From a candidate division CPR2 bacterium GW2011_GWC2_39_35 (GTDB lineage Bacteria; Patescibacteriota; CPR2), in assembly GCA_000995065.1 (NCBI GenBank), contig LBWX01000002.1:223708-287707 (forward strand): 64,000 bases of DNA. Reading direction: 5' to 3'. Below, piece after piece: positions 19,708-30,109 of this stretch; positions within the stretch are counted from its first letter, which is position 1, and the number at the start of each line of letters is the position of its first letter. A program made the position numbers and the translations under genes. The notes under the pieces are model-generated. The model searched no databases, had not been told where the DNA came from, and worked only from the letters and a program-made list of their open reading frames with translations.

Positions 19708-21816
19708 ATGTTTGAAGTCATAAGTTGGTATTTAGCCATTTTTTTAATTGGCGCCTTGGCAGCGCCTTTAGGTTATTTTCTTTTCGGGCGACTTAAAGAT
19801 TACGGCTACCCATTTTACCGGATAATTGGACTTGGGTTTATTACCTATATTGCCTGGATTTTAGGTAGTCTTAGAATTCTGCCATTTTCTAACTTGAGTA
19901 TTCTAGTGAGTATATTCTTTTTAGCATTATCATCTTTCTTAATTGTTCATTTTAAGAAAATTCACGTAACGAAGGATTTCTTTAGGAAAGCTCTTTTATA
20001 CGAAATTATGTTTATTGTTTTTTGTTTTTTGTTTATTGCTTATAAGCTGTATCACTCCGAAATCAAAGACATCGAAAAGTTTATGGATTTTGCTTTCCTA
20101 AACGCCCTGCTTCGCACTAGCTATTTTCCGCCTCAAGATCCGTGGTTTGCTGGCGAGCCCATCAATTACTATTATTTTGGACATCTGGGGGCGGCGGTTC
20201 TTACCAAGCTAACCCTCATAAAATCCGGAGTTACCTTTAACTTGATGGTGGCTACAAATTATGTTTTTTACGTTACCGGTATTTTTTCCTTAGCTTATAA
20301 TCTTACCAAGAAATATTTTTGGTCATTTCTTGCTATTGTTATAGCGGCTTTTATGGGTAATATCAGTTTTATTATCGGCGTTTTATCGAAAGCTGAATTT
20401 AAGGCTACAAATATTATAAAAGTTCTTTTTCAGGAACAAACTTCGGTTTGGTGGGCGGAGGCGACTCGTATCATCCCCGGCACCATAAACGAGTTTCCTT
20501 TGTATAGCTTTCTTTTAGGTGATCTCCACGCTCATTATCTGGATTTGCCGTTTGTACTAACCGCTATTCTCGCTTTATTTCTAATCCTAAAAGAAGAAAC
20601 TGATCTTATTTTCAAGGTATTTTTAGGAATCCTCTTTAGTATTCTTTTTATAACAAACAGTTGGGATTATTTAATTTACGCCGTTTTTCTAATCCTAGTT
20701 CTTCTATACAGAAATGGCTTCAAAAAAGAAGGGATTTTAGAGTCATTAAAATTTGGATCGATAGTCGGGGGAGTAAGCCTAATTGGCCTGCTGCCGTTTT
20801 ATTTAAATTTTGCACCTGGTTCCCAGGGCATAAAGATAGTGACGGCGCCAAGGACCGAAATAGAACATTTCTTAATTCTTTTTTCACTCCAGATGTTTGT
20901 AGTCGCCATTTTCCTAGGGTTAAGGTTTTATAAAAAAGTGAAGGGGAAGAAAGATTTCATTCTGCCATTTCTTATTATTCTCGGTGTCGGGGCTTTTATT
21001 TTTAAGTCGGCCCAGATTCTGCCATTTTTATTTATCTTGAGTTTTCTTCTTTCTATCCTCATCTTAGAAGACAAAAAGATTAATGAGGAGGCCAAATTTA
21101 ATTATGTTTTAATTGGGATGTCCTTTTTTATAATTTTATTTTGCGAGGTTTTTTATCTGAAGGACATTTACGGGATTGATTTTCAGCGAGCTAACACCAT
21201 CTTCAAGCTCTATTATGAGCTTTGGATTTATCTGTCCCTTAGCGTGGTTTGGGTAGCTTACTATCTATGGGAGAAAAAGGAAAAGATAAATTATGTGTTT
21301 TTCCCCGTGGCTTTTATTTTATTATTAGCTTCGATCTATTATCTTCCTAATAGCGTTAAGGTTTCGGCGGATGGATTTCAAAAAAAATTAGGACTTGATG
21401 GCACTAAATACATCGAAAATAAATACCCTTATGATTATATGGCGATAGAATGGCTTAATAAAAGTGTAAAAGGCAGCAAGATTATTGCGGAAAAGCCTGG
21501 CAATAGTTATACCGATGATTCTAGGATATCAAGCTATACCGGCCTCGCTACTCCTTTGGGATGGCTGGGTCACGAATGGGGCTGGCACGGCTCTGCGGAC
21601 GGACTTGTTCCAAGAAGAGATGATGTGGCCAAATTGTATCAAACGAATGACGAAAAAGAAGCTTGGGAAATCATCGATCGATACAAAATTGATTATATTT
21701 ATATGGGCGAACTGGAAAGAAAAGATTTGGCCATAAACCCGAACTCACCCATAAATAAGCTGGGAGAGACGGTTTATAAGAATAAGAAAGTGGAAATAAT
21801 AAAAGTAAAGCGATGA
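19708..21816 (+). CDS. DUF2298 / YYY-motif membrane protein (probable GT-C glycosyltransferase)
   Basis: EKFMDFAF, PPQDPWFAGEPINYYYFGH, INEFP, GDLHAH, NTIFKLY. Confidence 0.85.
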   Translation: MFEVISWYLAIFLIGALAAPLGYFLFGRLKDYGYPFYRIIGLGFITYIAWILGSLRILPFSNLSILVSIFFLALSSFLIVHFKKIHVTKDFFRKALLYEIMFIVFCFLFIAYKLYHSEIKDIEKFMDFAFLNALLRTSYFPPQDPWFAGEPINYYYFGHLGAAVLTKLTLIKSGVTFNLMVATNYVFYVTGIFSLAYNLTKKYFWSFLAIVIAAFMGNISFIIGVLSKAEFKATNIIKVLFQEQTSVWWAEATRIIPGTINEFPLYSFLLGDLHAHYLDLPFVLTAILALFLILKEETDLIFKVFLGILFSILFITNSWDYLIYAVFLILVLLYRNGFKKEGILESLKFGSIVGGVSLIGLLPFYLNFAPGSQGIKIVTAPRTEIEHFLILFSLQMFVVAIFLGLRFYKKVKGKKDFILPFLIILGVGAFIFKSAQILPFLFILSFLLSILILEDKKINEEAKFNYVLIGMSFFIILFCEVFYLKDIYGIDFQRANTIFKLYYELWIYLSLSVVWVAYYLWEKKEKINYVFFPVAFILLLASIYYLPNSVKVSADGFQKKLGLDGTKYIENKYPYDYMAIEWLNKSVKGSKIIAEKPGNSYTDDSRISSYTGLATPLGWLGHEWGWHGSADGLVPRRDDVAKLYQTNDEKEAWEIIDRYKIDYIYMGELERKDLAINPNSPINKLGETVYKNKKVEIIKVKR

Positions 21817-22068
21817 ACTAACTTCCTTTAAAGCAATTTATGTAATATAATCTTAAAGCAATATTAGTGAGTATGCTGGACAAGATGTCAAAATCCACAT
21901 TACAAATGTCAAATAAAATATCTTCGAGTCCGAGCGGCCCCAGAGCCGAAGGCCTAATGCCAAATGCATAAATTTTGACATTAAGTCATTTGTTATTCAT
22001 TTGATATTTGGGCTTTGACATTTGGATTTAATAGTATAATCAAAAATTAATCTAGGATTAACGAAAAT

Positions 22069-22854
22069 ATGACCATCTTTCATGCAATAATATTAGGAGC
22101 CATCCAAGGTATTACCGAATTACTGCCGATCTCATCTTCGGCTCATTTACTTTTAATACCTAATTTTTTTGGCTGGCCAGATTTGGGTTTGGAGTTTGGG
22201 GCGGCGCTTCATCTTGGAACTTTTCTGGCTATTGCAATTTATTTTAGACAAGATCTTTCTAGATATATAAAAGGCTTTTTAAAAAGCCTAAAAAATAAAA
22301 AAGCTCAAAGTGTTGACGAGAAATTGGCTTGGTATTTGATCTTAAGCAGTGTCCCGGCAGCTTTTTTCGGGCTAATCTTAGAAGATTTGGCCGAAAAAGC
22401 TTTTAGGGCGCCAATTATAACGGCTAGCACTCTCGTTCTGGGAGCGGCTTTTTTGTGGTACGCTGATCATCACGTAAAGCTCGAAAAAAAGCTCGAAAAG
22501 ATTACTTTTAGAGACAGTCTTATAATTGGCGCAAGTCAGGCGATCGCACTTGTGCCGGGGTTTTCTCGCTCCGGAGTGACTATTAGCTTTGGCAGGATTC
22601 TGGGCTTGAGTCGGGAAGGAGCTGCTAGATTTTCTTTTCTACTGTCGGCGCCCATTACCTTTGGGGCGTCGTTATTTGAGCTTAGAAAAATTGATCATAT
22701 GGGCCCTATTTTTTTGTTTGGCATTTTAAGCGCTTTGATATTTGGCTTTTTAGCCATCAAATATCTACTTACATATGTTCAAAAAAGCAATTATAATGTT
22801 TTTGTTTATTACAGAATCGGATTAGCAATATTGGTGCTATTGGTCTTACTTTAG
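22069..22854 (+). CDS. uppP: Undecaprenyl-diphosphate phosphatase
   Basis: QGITELLPISSSAHL and PGFSRSG motifs. Confidence 0.96.
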   Translation: MTIFHAIILGAIQGITELLPISSSAHLLLIPNFFGWPDLGLEFGAALHLGTFLAIAIYFRQDLSRYIKGFLKSLKNKKAQSVDEKLAWYLILSSVPAAFFGLILEDLAEKAFRAPIITASTLVLGAAFLWYADHHVKLEKKLEKITFRDSLIIGASQAIALVPGFSRSGVTISFGRILGLSREGAARFSFLLSAPITFGASLFELRKIDHMGPIFLFGILSALIFGFLAIKYLLTYVQKSNYNVFVYYRIGLAILVLLVLL

Positions 22855-23041
22855 AGTAATCAAGTGAATTAGAAATCTTAATAAATCAAAAGATTTAGAA
22901 TGTCTAATTTCTAATTTACCTAATTGACGTAATAAAAATCCCAATGACTAATGACCAATATACAAAGAAATATTTTAGACATTTATGAATTGGGATTTGA
23001 TTAGAAATTAGTAATCAGAGCAATTAGAAATTTAACTCATC

Positions 23042-23653
23042 ATGGAGCATCTTCTTTCTTACATAACCAATATAGTTACCGGAGCCATTGAGCATATGGG
23101 TTATTTTGGTGTGGCCTTTCTTATGGCCTTAGAAAGCGCCTGCATTCCGGTGCCCTCGGAGCTTATTATGCCATATGCCGGATTTCTGGTTTCTAAGGGT
23201 AGTTTTGGGTTTTGGCAGATTGTTTTCTGGGGTACGGTTGGTCAAACATTCGGATCAATAGTTACCTATTGGATAGGAGCTACTGAGGGTCGGATTCTCT
23301 TAGAAAAATATGGTAAGTACGTGCTTATAAAAAAGAGCCATATTGAGCATGCTGATAAATGGTTTGATAAGTTTGGGCCAAGAGTGGTGTTTTTTGGACG
23401 GATGGTACCGGTAATTAGAACTTTTATTTCGTTACCCGCCGGACTTTCTGAAATGTCTTTTTCGAAGTTCGTCCTATATTCGGTTTTAGGTATTATTCCT
23501 TGGACGATTTTTCTTGGCTACCTGGGCGTTTATCTGGGGGATAATTGGAATTCGCTTAAAGTGTATTTCCACGGTGCTGATGCTATTGTGTTTGGGGCTA
23601 TAATTGGGGGGGCAGGCTACCTTATCTATAAGAACCTGTCTCGCAAAGCGTAA
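23042..23653 (+). CDS. DedA family protein
   Basis: ESACIPVPSELIMP, FGRMVPVIRTFISLPAG. Confidence 0.93.
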   Translation: MEHLLSYITNIVTGAIEHMGYFGVAFLMALESACIPVPSELIMPYAGFLVSKGSFGFWQIVFWGTVGQTFGSIVTYWIGATEGRILLEKYGKYVLIKKSHIEHADKWFDKFGPRVVFFGRMVPVIRTFISLPAGLSEMSFSKFVLYSVLGIIPWTIFLGYLGVYLGDNWNSLKVYFHGADAIVFGAIIGGAGYLIYKNLSRKA

Positions 23654-23672
23654 GTCGGGCGGAGAAAATGAA

Positions 23673-24302
23673 ATGAATTTAGACTATTTTATCCAAATTA
23701 TCGGGGGGTATATCGAAACTTATGGTTACCTCGCTGTTTTTTTGTTAGCGCTTTTAGAGAATTCAATTTTCTTGGGCCTTGTTATTCCCGGTGAAACTTT
23801 TGTCATTTTAGCCGGTTTTTATGCCGCTCAAGGAAGATTAAGCTTAACGCTTGTCATCTTCCTCGCACTTCTGGGTGGAATTTTGGGCGGGCAGCTTGGA
23901 TATCTTTTGGGTCGTGAGGGCGAGAAAAGGCTGCTTTACAAATATAAAGACCATCTAAATATTAACGAAAAGTACAAAGCCGTTAAAAAGTTTATGAAAA
24001 TGCACGGCAATAAAACGATTTTTTTTGCTCGTTTTACAGCATTCCTTAGAGCCATTGCGCCATTTGTGGCCGGAACTTTAAAAATGCCTTATCTTAAGTT
24101 TACTTTTTGGGATGTTTTAGGGGCGTTCGTTTGGTCGATTACTATTCCCATTCTTGGGTATTATTTCGGCCAAAATTATAAAGTGCTGCATCAATATTTG
24201 GGAGATGTCGGGGTGATTTTAATTGTTGTTCTAGTTATACTAGTTTGGATTAATTTAAGAAGAAAGGCAGTCGATGAAGATTTCGAAAGAAATTCTAAAT
24301 AA
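23673..24302 (+). CDS. DedA family protein
   Basis: ENSIFLGLVIPGE, FFARFTAFLR. Confidence 0.9.
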   Translation: MNLDYFIQIIGGYIETYGYLAVFLLALLENSIFLGLVIPGETFVILAGFYAAQGRLSLTLVIFLALLGGILGGQLGYLLGREGEKRLLYKYKDHLNINEKYKAVKKFMKMHGNKTIFFARFTAFLRAIAPFVAGTLKMPYLKFTFWDVLGAFVWSITIPILGYYFGQNYKVLHQYLGDVGVILIVVLVILVWINLRRKAVDEDFERNSK

Positions 24303-25533
24303 TGGTGCGACTTTAGTTCTGGCTCCCGTCGAAGGAGTTAAATCGACTTCGATATTTTATTTTATTAAATCAGGTTCCAGAAAAGAAAACGAGAAAAATA
24401 ACGGCATCGCTCATTTTATCGAGCACATGATGTTTAAGGGAACTACAAAAAGACCGACGGCCCTAGATATTTCTCAGGAGATCGATAGCATCGGCGCTTA
24501 TTTTAACGCTTTTACAGATAGAGAAAACACGGCCTATTATGTAAAAACAGCCGGGGAGCATCTGGGAAAAGCCTTAGACGTTTTATCGGATATGGTCTTA
24601 AGCTCTACGTTTGACGGGTCTGAAATTGAGAAAGAAAAAGGAGTCATCGTGGAAGAGATTCGAATGTATAAGGATAATCCATCTTGGCATATTGGAGACA
24701 TCTACGAAAGCCTTATTTATCAAAATTCGACTTTAGGACTTCCGATAGCCGGAGAGGAGAATACAGTAACTTCTTTTAATCGCCAAACATTCCTGGATTT
24801 TTACGGGGCAAACTATGGTGCCGAGAACATCATTCTCATACTGGTCGGAAACTTAGAAAACGAAAAGGGGAAGGCAAAAGAATTTTTAAATAAGTTTAGG
24901 GCCGGTACGGGCACTAGGGAAAATAATCCGGTGCCGCTACAGGAAAAACCGCGTTTAATTTTAGAAAGGCGAGATGTTCAGCAGGGGCAGTTTCATCTTG
25001 GAGTACCGGGATACAGCTTTACTCATCCGGATAAGTTCTCGCTGCGTTTAATGTCTATCATCTTGGGAGGAAATATGAGCTCGAGGCTTTTTTCCGAGGT
25101 CAGGGAAAAGAGAGGTCTTGCTTATTCCATCCATACGACCACAGAAGGCCTAAGCGACACCGGACATGTAACGACTTTGGCCGGCGTAGAACGATCTAAA
25201 ATATATGATGCATTAAAACTCATTCTCGAGGAGTACCAAAGAATCGGTGATGATGCAACCGAGGAAGAACTTCAGAGAGCCAAAGATTATTATAAGGGTT
25301 CGTTTGTGATTAGCCTGGAAGACACCAGTCGGATTGCCACGTTTTTGGCGTCCCAAATCTTTTATCAGGGCGACGCGCTTTCTATCGAAGAAATACTTGA
25401 AAAGATAGAAGAAGTGAAGCTCGGGGACGTAAAAAGAGTGTCTAAAGATATCTTTAAAAAAGAAAAACTCAATTTAGCCGTAATTGGACCCTATGAAAAT
25501 CGGGAAAAATTTGATAAAATACTTGAGATATAG
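24274..25533 (+). CDS. M16 family zinc peptidase
   Basis: HFIEHMMFKGT inverted zinc motif; SSRLFSEVREKRGLAY. Confidence 0.95.
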   Translation: MKISKEILNNGATLVLAPVEGVKSTSIFYFIKSGSRKENEKNNGIAHFIEHMMFKGTTKRPTALDISQEIDSIGAYFNAFTDRENTAYYVKTAGEHLGKALDVLSDMVLSSTFDGSEIEKEKGVIVEEIRMYKDNPSWHIGDIYESLIYQNSTLGLPIAGEENTVTSFNRQTFLDFYGANYGAENIILILVGNLENEKGKAKEFLNKFRAGTGTRENNPVPLQEKPRLILERRDVQQGQFHLGVPGYSFTHPDKFSLRLMSIILGGNMSSRLFSEVREKRGLAYSIHTTTEGLSDTGHVTTLAGVERSKIYDALKLILEEYQRIGDDATEEELQRAKDYYKGSFVISLEDTSRIATFLASQIFYQGDALSIEEILEKIEEVKLGDVKRVSKDIFKKEKLNLAVIGPYENREKFDKILEI

Positions 25534-25653
25534 TTCAAAACTCAAAACTCAAAATTATTGAGTTCGTTTAGAAATGAGGGTTAAGGAAGAGGCATTGCCA
25601 GCTTCGACAATGGCAATTTTTACAATTTAATTTAACGAAAGGATAAATAAGGA

Positions 25654-26247
25654 ATGATTCAAGAGAGAACTTTTATTGCCATTAAGGCAGAAGCTATTCA
25701 GAGACACTTAATCGGAGAAGTAATTTCCAGATTCGAGCGTCGTGGTTTAAAACTGGTTGGTATGAAGATGATTGTGGCTACCAAAGATATTGTTGGCAAA
25801 CACTATCCGGATAGTGACGATTGGTATATTCCAACCGGAACCAAGGCTTGGGAAGGTTACAAAAAAAGAGGCGTTGAAATAAAAGAAACTCCAAAAGAAT
25901 TAGGAGTTAAAATCAGAGAGCAACTCATGGATTACTTTGTTGACCGGCCGCTTATTACCATGGTTTGGGAAGGGCCTCACGCTGTCCAGTTAGGCCGAAA
26001 AACTGTTGGAGTTACCAATCCTTTAGAAGCAGCTCCCGGAACCATCAGAGGCGATTTTTCCGTTGATTCTTATGAGTTAGCCGATGGCTTAGGAAGAGTC
26101 GTCCAGACATTGGTGCATGCTTCCGGATCGACAGAAGAAGCGGAAGACGAAATCAAACTTTGGTTTAAGCCGGAAGAATTAATCGATTATGATATGATTA
26201 CCGGCCGTCTTGTTACCGGCAAGGATTGGGGAAAAGTCAAGAAATAG
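25654..26247 (+). CDS. ndk: Nucleoside diphosphate kinase
   Basis: ERTFIAIK, PGTIRGDF, LVHASGS. Confidence 0.93.
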   Translation: MIQERTFIAIKAEAIQRHLIGEVISRFERRGLKLVGMKMIVATKDIVGKHYPDSDDWYIPTGTKAWEGYKKRGVEIKETPKELGVKIREQLMDYFVDRPLITMVWEGPHAVQLGRKTVGVTNPLEAAPGTIRGDFSVDSYELADGLGRVVQTLVHASGSTEEAEDEIKLWFKPEELIDYDMITGRLVTGKDWGKVKK

Positions 26248-26341
26248 ATCAAAAATCAAAGCTCAAAGATCAAAGATCAAGGATGCAGATAAGATTTTAG
26301 GAATTCATTTTTGATCCTTTATCTTTAATCTTTGAGCTTTC
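26246..26341. repeat. 7-bp-periodic imperfect inverted repeat (AAAGATC...GATCTTT type)
   Basis: aaaaatcaaagctcaaagatcaaagatc ... ttgatcctttatctttaatctttgagcttt. Confidence 0.8.
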
Positions 26342-26344
26342 GAT

Positions 26345-26421
26345 GCCCCCGTAGCTCAGTCGGATAGAGCGAGGCACTCCTAACGCCTAGGCCAGAGGTT
26401 CGATTCCTCTCGGGGGCACCA
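26345..26421 (+). tRNA. tRNA-Arg (CCT)
   Basis: GCCCCCG/CGGGGGC acceptor, CT CCT AA loop, ACCA. Confidence 0.93.
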
Positions 26422-26587
26422 TTTAAAAAATAAAATCTCAAAGCTCAAAGATCAAACATTCGGACAATCTTAATATCGACGGTTGATGTGTTGAGGATTA
26501 TGATATTAACACGTGGGACTTAAAGCTTTGGAGAGAGAATCTAAATCTAGCGAAAAGTTAGGCATTACCTAATATTTCAAATTTAAA

Positions 26588-26878
26588 CTAATTCGATGAT
26601 CCATAAATTTCTTTAACTTTCTCTAAGAAATGATCAGACGCTTTAAGGAGAACTTTATTATCAATGCCTTCTAGCTCTAAAAGGGAAAGAGTAAGCAAGT
26701 AGATATCGGCTACTTCTTCCTTAAAATGACCTGGTCTATCCTCATTCTCTTTTAACCTGGTTAGCTTGATTAAATGCTTGCCGATCTCTTCTAAGACATG
26801 GTAAAATTTTCCTTTTTCGTCATGATGGCTTCCATATAATTCCAATATTTCGCTAACATCCTGTTTGATTTTATCCAA
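26588..26878 (-). CDS. MazG-like nucleotide pyrophosphohydrolase
   Basis: LEEIG...KEEVAD acidic motif pair. Confidence 0.65.
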   Translation of the reverse strand: MDKIKQDVSEILELYGSHHDEKGKFYHVLEEIGKHLIKLTRLKENEDRPGHFKEEVADIYLLTLSLLELEGIDNKVLLKASDHFLEKVKEIYGSSN

Positions 26879-26980
26879 ATAAAGCTCCTATCTTATTTTT
26901 AAATATTATATTCTAAATTCGACGCTTAACAAACTGAAATTTTGCCTTTTCCCTTTTGCATTTTGAGTTATAATATATTT

Positions 26981-27502
26981 ATGCAGTTATCAGTCGAGTT
27001 AAAACCGGGCGAAGAGGAGATCCAAAATATCGAGTGCAGTCTTTACGCTGAGAGATCGTGGTCTATTTACGGTTTGCCATTTTTTACCCTTTTTGGCATC
27101 ATAGGTGTTTTTAATTCGAGATCTTATGTGGTTCTTTTGTCTTTTGTCTTTTTGGTGATTCTTTGGAGTTGGGGCCTTTACCGCTGGCTCTTGTGGTACT
27201 TTACAAATTATATTCTTACCAACCAGAGATTTATTGTAATCGATCAACTTGGAATATTTAAAAAAGAGGTAAAGGAGCTTAGCCTCGATAGGATTTTAGA
27301 TATCACTTATGACCAGCATGGGATGGCGGCCAACATGGCTCATTATGGCGATCTACATATCATTGGAATTGGGCTGACGCTAGATATCTATGACGTCAAG
27401 CATCCAGCCAAAGTAAGGGATATGATCTTGGACGCCAGGCCCAAGGGAAGCAAACTTACAACAAAAGATGTTGTTAATCTCTTAAAAACTAACAAACCGT
27501 AA
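26981..27502 (+). CDS. Bacterial PH-domain membrane protein
   Basis: Two TM helices then YILTNQRFI...GIFKKEVKELSLDRILDI...YGDL. Confidence 0.8.
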   Translation: MQLSVELKPGEEEIQNIECSLYAERSWSIYGLPFFTLFGIIGVFNSRSYVVLLSFVFLVILWSWGLYRWLLWYFTNYILTNQRFIVIDQLGIFKKEVKELSLDRILDITYDQHGMAANMAHYGDLHIIGIGLTLDIYDVKHPAKVRDMILDARPKGSKLTTKDVVNLLKTNKP

Positions 27503-27559
27503 AATTGTTTTTTTGTAATAATTGGGTTATTATATATTTGTAAGGAGGAACTGACTAAA

Positions 27560-28486
27560 ATGGGTAAAATATCAAACCTTTCTAAGGTTATAAATTTTGT
27601 AAAAAAGAAAGTTTTTTTGTATTCGCTTAGCGGCTTTTTAGCTTTAGTTGTCGCTTTAATTATTATTTTCGGGATCGGGATTTATAAATATGGCTGGAAC
27701 AATGCTGCTGCCAAAGTGGCGACAAGGATTGTGCCTTACCCGGCAATTATTGTAAATGGCGACTCGGTTACGGTTGCTGACTATCAAAATCGTCTCGATG
27801 CTTTAAAAAATTATCAAAAAGAATACAAAAAAGTTGATTTTAATTCCGAGGATGGTAAAAAAGTTTTAGCTGATATCAAAAGTCAAATTACCGATCAAAT
27901 TAAGGAAGATTTGATTATTTCTGACTACGCTTTAAAAAATAAGATGAGTGTGGGTGATTGGGAAGTAGACGCCGAATATACAAGATTGGTTGATGCAAAC
28001 GGTGGCGAAGAAAATTTAAAAACTGTTCTTTTAAAGTATTATGGCTGGAGTACCGATGAATTTAAGGGCCAGTTAAAAGCCAAGATGTTAAGACAAAAGG
28101 TTGCTGAAAAAGTGACAGGGGATGATGTTTTAAACAAGGAAGCAAAAACCAAGGCCGAACAAGTTCTTGCGGAAGTAAAAAACGGCGGTGATTTTGCCGA
28201 GCTGGCTAAAAAATATAGCCAGGATACTTCGGCCGCCGAGGGTGGTGATTTAGGTTTCTTTGGAAAAGGGAAAATGGTTAAGGAATTTGAAGATGCCGCT
28301 TTTGCTCTAAAGAAAGATGAAGTTTCGGGAGTTGTAAAAACTGTTTACGGGTACCACATCATCAAAGTAACGGATGTAAAAAAGGATGAAGTTAAGGCAA
28401 GCCATATTCTAATTAAAGGTAAAAGCTTTCAGGATTGGCTAAACGAACAGATAAAGGCTGCTAAAGTTAAGAGCTACTTGAAGTAG
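27560..28486 (+). CDS. PrsA/SurA-like parvulin peptidyl-prolyl isomerase
   Basis: DFAELAKKYSQD, GGDLGFF, MVKEFEDAAF, GYHIIK. Confidence 0.92.
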   Translation: MGKISNLSKVINFVKKKVFLYSLSGFLALVVALIIIFGIGIYKYGWNNAAAKVATRIVPYPAIIVNGDSVTVADYQNRLDALKNYQKEYKKVDFNSEDGKKVLADIKSQITDQIKEDLIISDYALKNKMSVGDWEVDAEYTRLVDANGGEENLKTVLLKYYGWSTDEFKGQLKAKMLRQKVAEKVTGDDVLNKEAKTKAEQVLAEVKNGGDFAELAKKYSQDTSAAEGGDLGFFGKGKMVKEFEDAAFALKKDEVSGVVKTVYGYHIIKVTDVKKDEVKASHILIKGKSFQDWLNEQIKAAKVKSYLK

Positions 28487-28540
28487 TTTCTTGAAAATCA
28501 AATGCAAAAAGCCAGCCACAGGAGAGTTTCTGTGGCTTTT

Positions 28541-28660
28541 TAATTCCAAATGTCAAAGCTCAAATGTCAACTCAAATCCTAATTCCAAATGTCAAAAATT
28601 TAAGCATTAATTCATTTGACATTCATTTGTAATTTGGATTTTGGCATTTGTCATTTTTGC
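28541..28660. repeat. 7-bp-periodic imperfect inverted repeat (AAATGTC...TTTGACA type)
   Basis: caaatgtcaaagctcaaatgtcaa ... tttgacattcatttgtaatttggattttggcatttg; similar at 21883-22030 and 29915-30035. Confidence 0.8.
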
Positions 28661-28702
28661 CTGATTGAATTTTTAGCGTAAATGGAATATAATTATTCGG
28701 AT

Positions 28703-29917
28703 ATGAAGACAGAGTTAATCTTACCCGCAGGAGACTTATATAAAGCCAAAATTGCTTTTCTGTATGGTGCGGATGCATGTTATGGCGGCTTAGCGAAATA
28801 TTCGCTTCGGAAAGCCGAAGTGGATTTCGATTTTGATACCTTAAAAGAAGCGATTCGCTATGCCCATTCATTCGGCAAAAAATTTTTTGTCACGTTTAAT
28901 ATTTTTGCCCACAATTATAATCTCGAAAAAATCGAAGAGGATATCAAAAAAGTGGCAGAGTTTAAACCGGATGCCATTATTGCTTCAGATCCGGGTATTA
29001 TTCAATTTGTAAGAGAAAACAGCGACATTCCAGTTCATCTGAGTACTCAGGCCAACACAACAAATTGGCAGTCCGTTAAATTTTGGCAGGACTTAGGAAT
29101 AAAGCGAATTGTACTCGCAAGAGAACTAGCTTTAAAGGAGATTCAGGAAATTCACAACAAAGTGCCGGACGTCGAACTTGAGGTTTTCGTCCATGGCGCC
29201 ATGTGTATCTCGTATTCTGGTAGATGTCTTCTTTCTGCAGTCATGACGGGTCGGGAAGCGAATCAGGGCGATTGCGCCCAGCCATGCCGCTGGCTTTATA
29301 AAGGCCAAATAGAAGAGAAGATGCGTCCCGGGGATTTTTTTCCGGTTAGAGAAGACGAAAACGGCACTTATATCTTTAATTCTAAAGATTTAAGGCTAAT
29401 CGAACATCTGCCGGAGCTTATTAAAGCCGGTGTTACTGGTTTTAAGGTGGAAGGAAGGAACAAGAGCGAGTATTATGTTGCAGTGATTGCCAGGGCTTAT
29501 AAAAAAGCGTTGGAGGCCTTTAAGGCAGGCAAATTTTTAGATTGTTTAGAGGAATTAAGGGCTGAAACCGAAACTATAAATTATCGGGATTACACAACCG
29601 GATTTTTATTTGGTGAAGCTAAAAAAGGTGAAGTGTATCCGGATCGAGTGCAGATTCGAACCCATAATTTCTTAGGCGTTATCGAAGAATATGATAACGG
29701 GTTTGCCAAAATTCCGATTAGGAACCAATTTAAAATTAGTGACGAGATAGAGATTATCACTCCCAACAAGATCTTTAAAGAGAAAGTAGGGGCAATTCTA
29801 GACCGGAACAAACAAGTAGTAGAGGTTGCCAATCCCGGTGCCAAAGAACACATAGCGTATGTTAAACTATCGAGGGAATATCCGAAGTACGCTATGGTTA
29901 GGAAAAGACTTAAATAA
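28703..29917 (+). CDS. U32 family protein (TrhP/YegQ-like tRNA hydroxylation); start uncertain
   Basis: ELILPAG, HLSTQAN, HGAMCISYSGRCLLS, CAQPCR, KVEGR. Confidence 0.9.
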   Translation: MKTELILPAGDLYKAKIAFLYGADACYGGLAKYSLRKAEVDFDFDTLKEAIRYAHSFGKKFFVTFNIFAHNYNLEKIEEDIKKVAEFKPDAIIASDPGIIQFVRENSDIPVHLSTQANTTNWQSVKFWQDLGIKRIVLARELALKEIQEIHNKVPDVELEVFVHGAMCISYSGRCLLSAVMTGREANQGDCAQPCRWLYKGQIEEKMRPGDFFPVREDENGTYIFNSKDLRLIEHLPELIKAGVTGFKVEGRNKSEYYVAVIARAYKKALEAFKAGKFLDCLEELRAETETINYRDYTTGFLFGEAKKGEVYPDRVQIRTHNFLGVIEEYDNGFAKIPIRNQFKISDEIEIITPNKIFKEKVGAILDRNKQVVEVANPGAKEHIAYVKLSREYPKYAMVRKRLK

Positions 29918-30109
29918 ATGTCAAATGTCAAAATCCAAATTACAAATCAAATCCTAATGTCAAATTCTTTAATTTCATTTGTTATTAAGTCATTAAACAT
30001 TCATTTGGCATTTGAAATTTGAGCTTTGACATTTTAATGGCTCGTCAAATTAGAGTTTAATTAAAAACAATATTTGTTCACCCATTAAAGCTTAAGAGGA
30101 ATATAAGAT

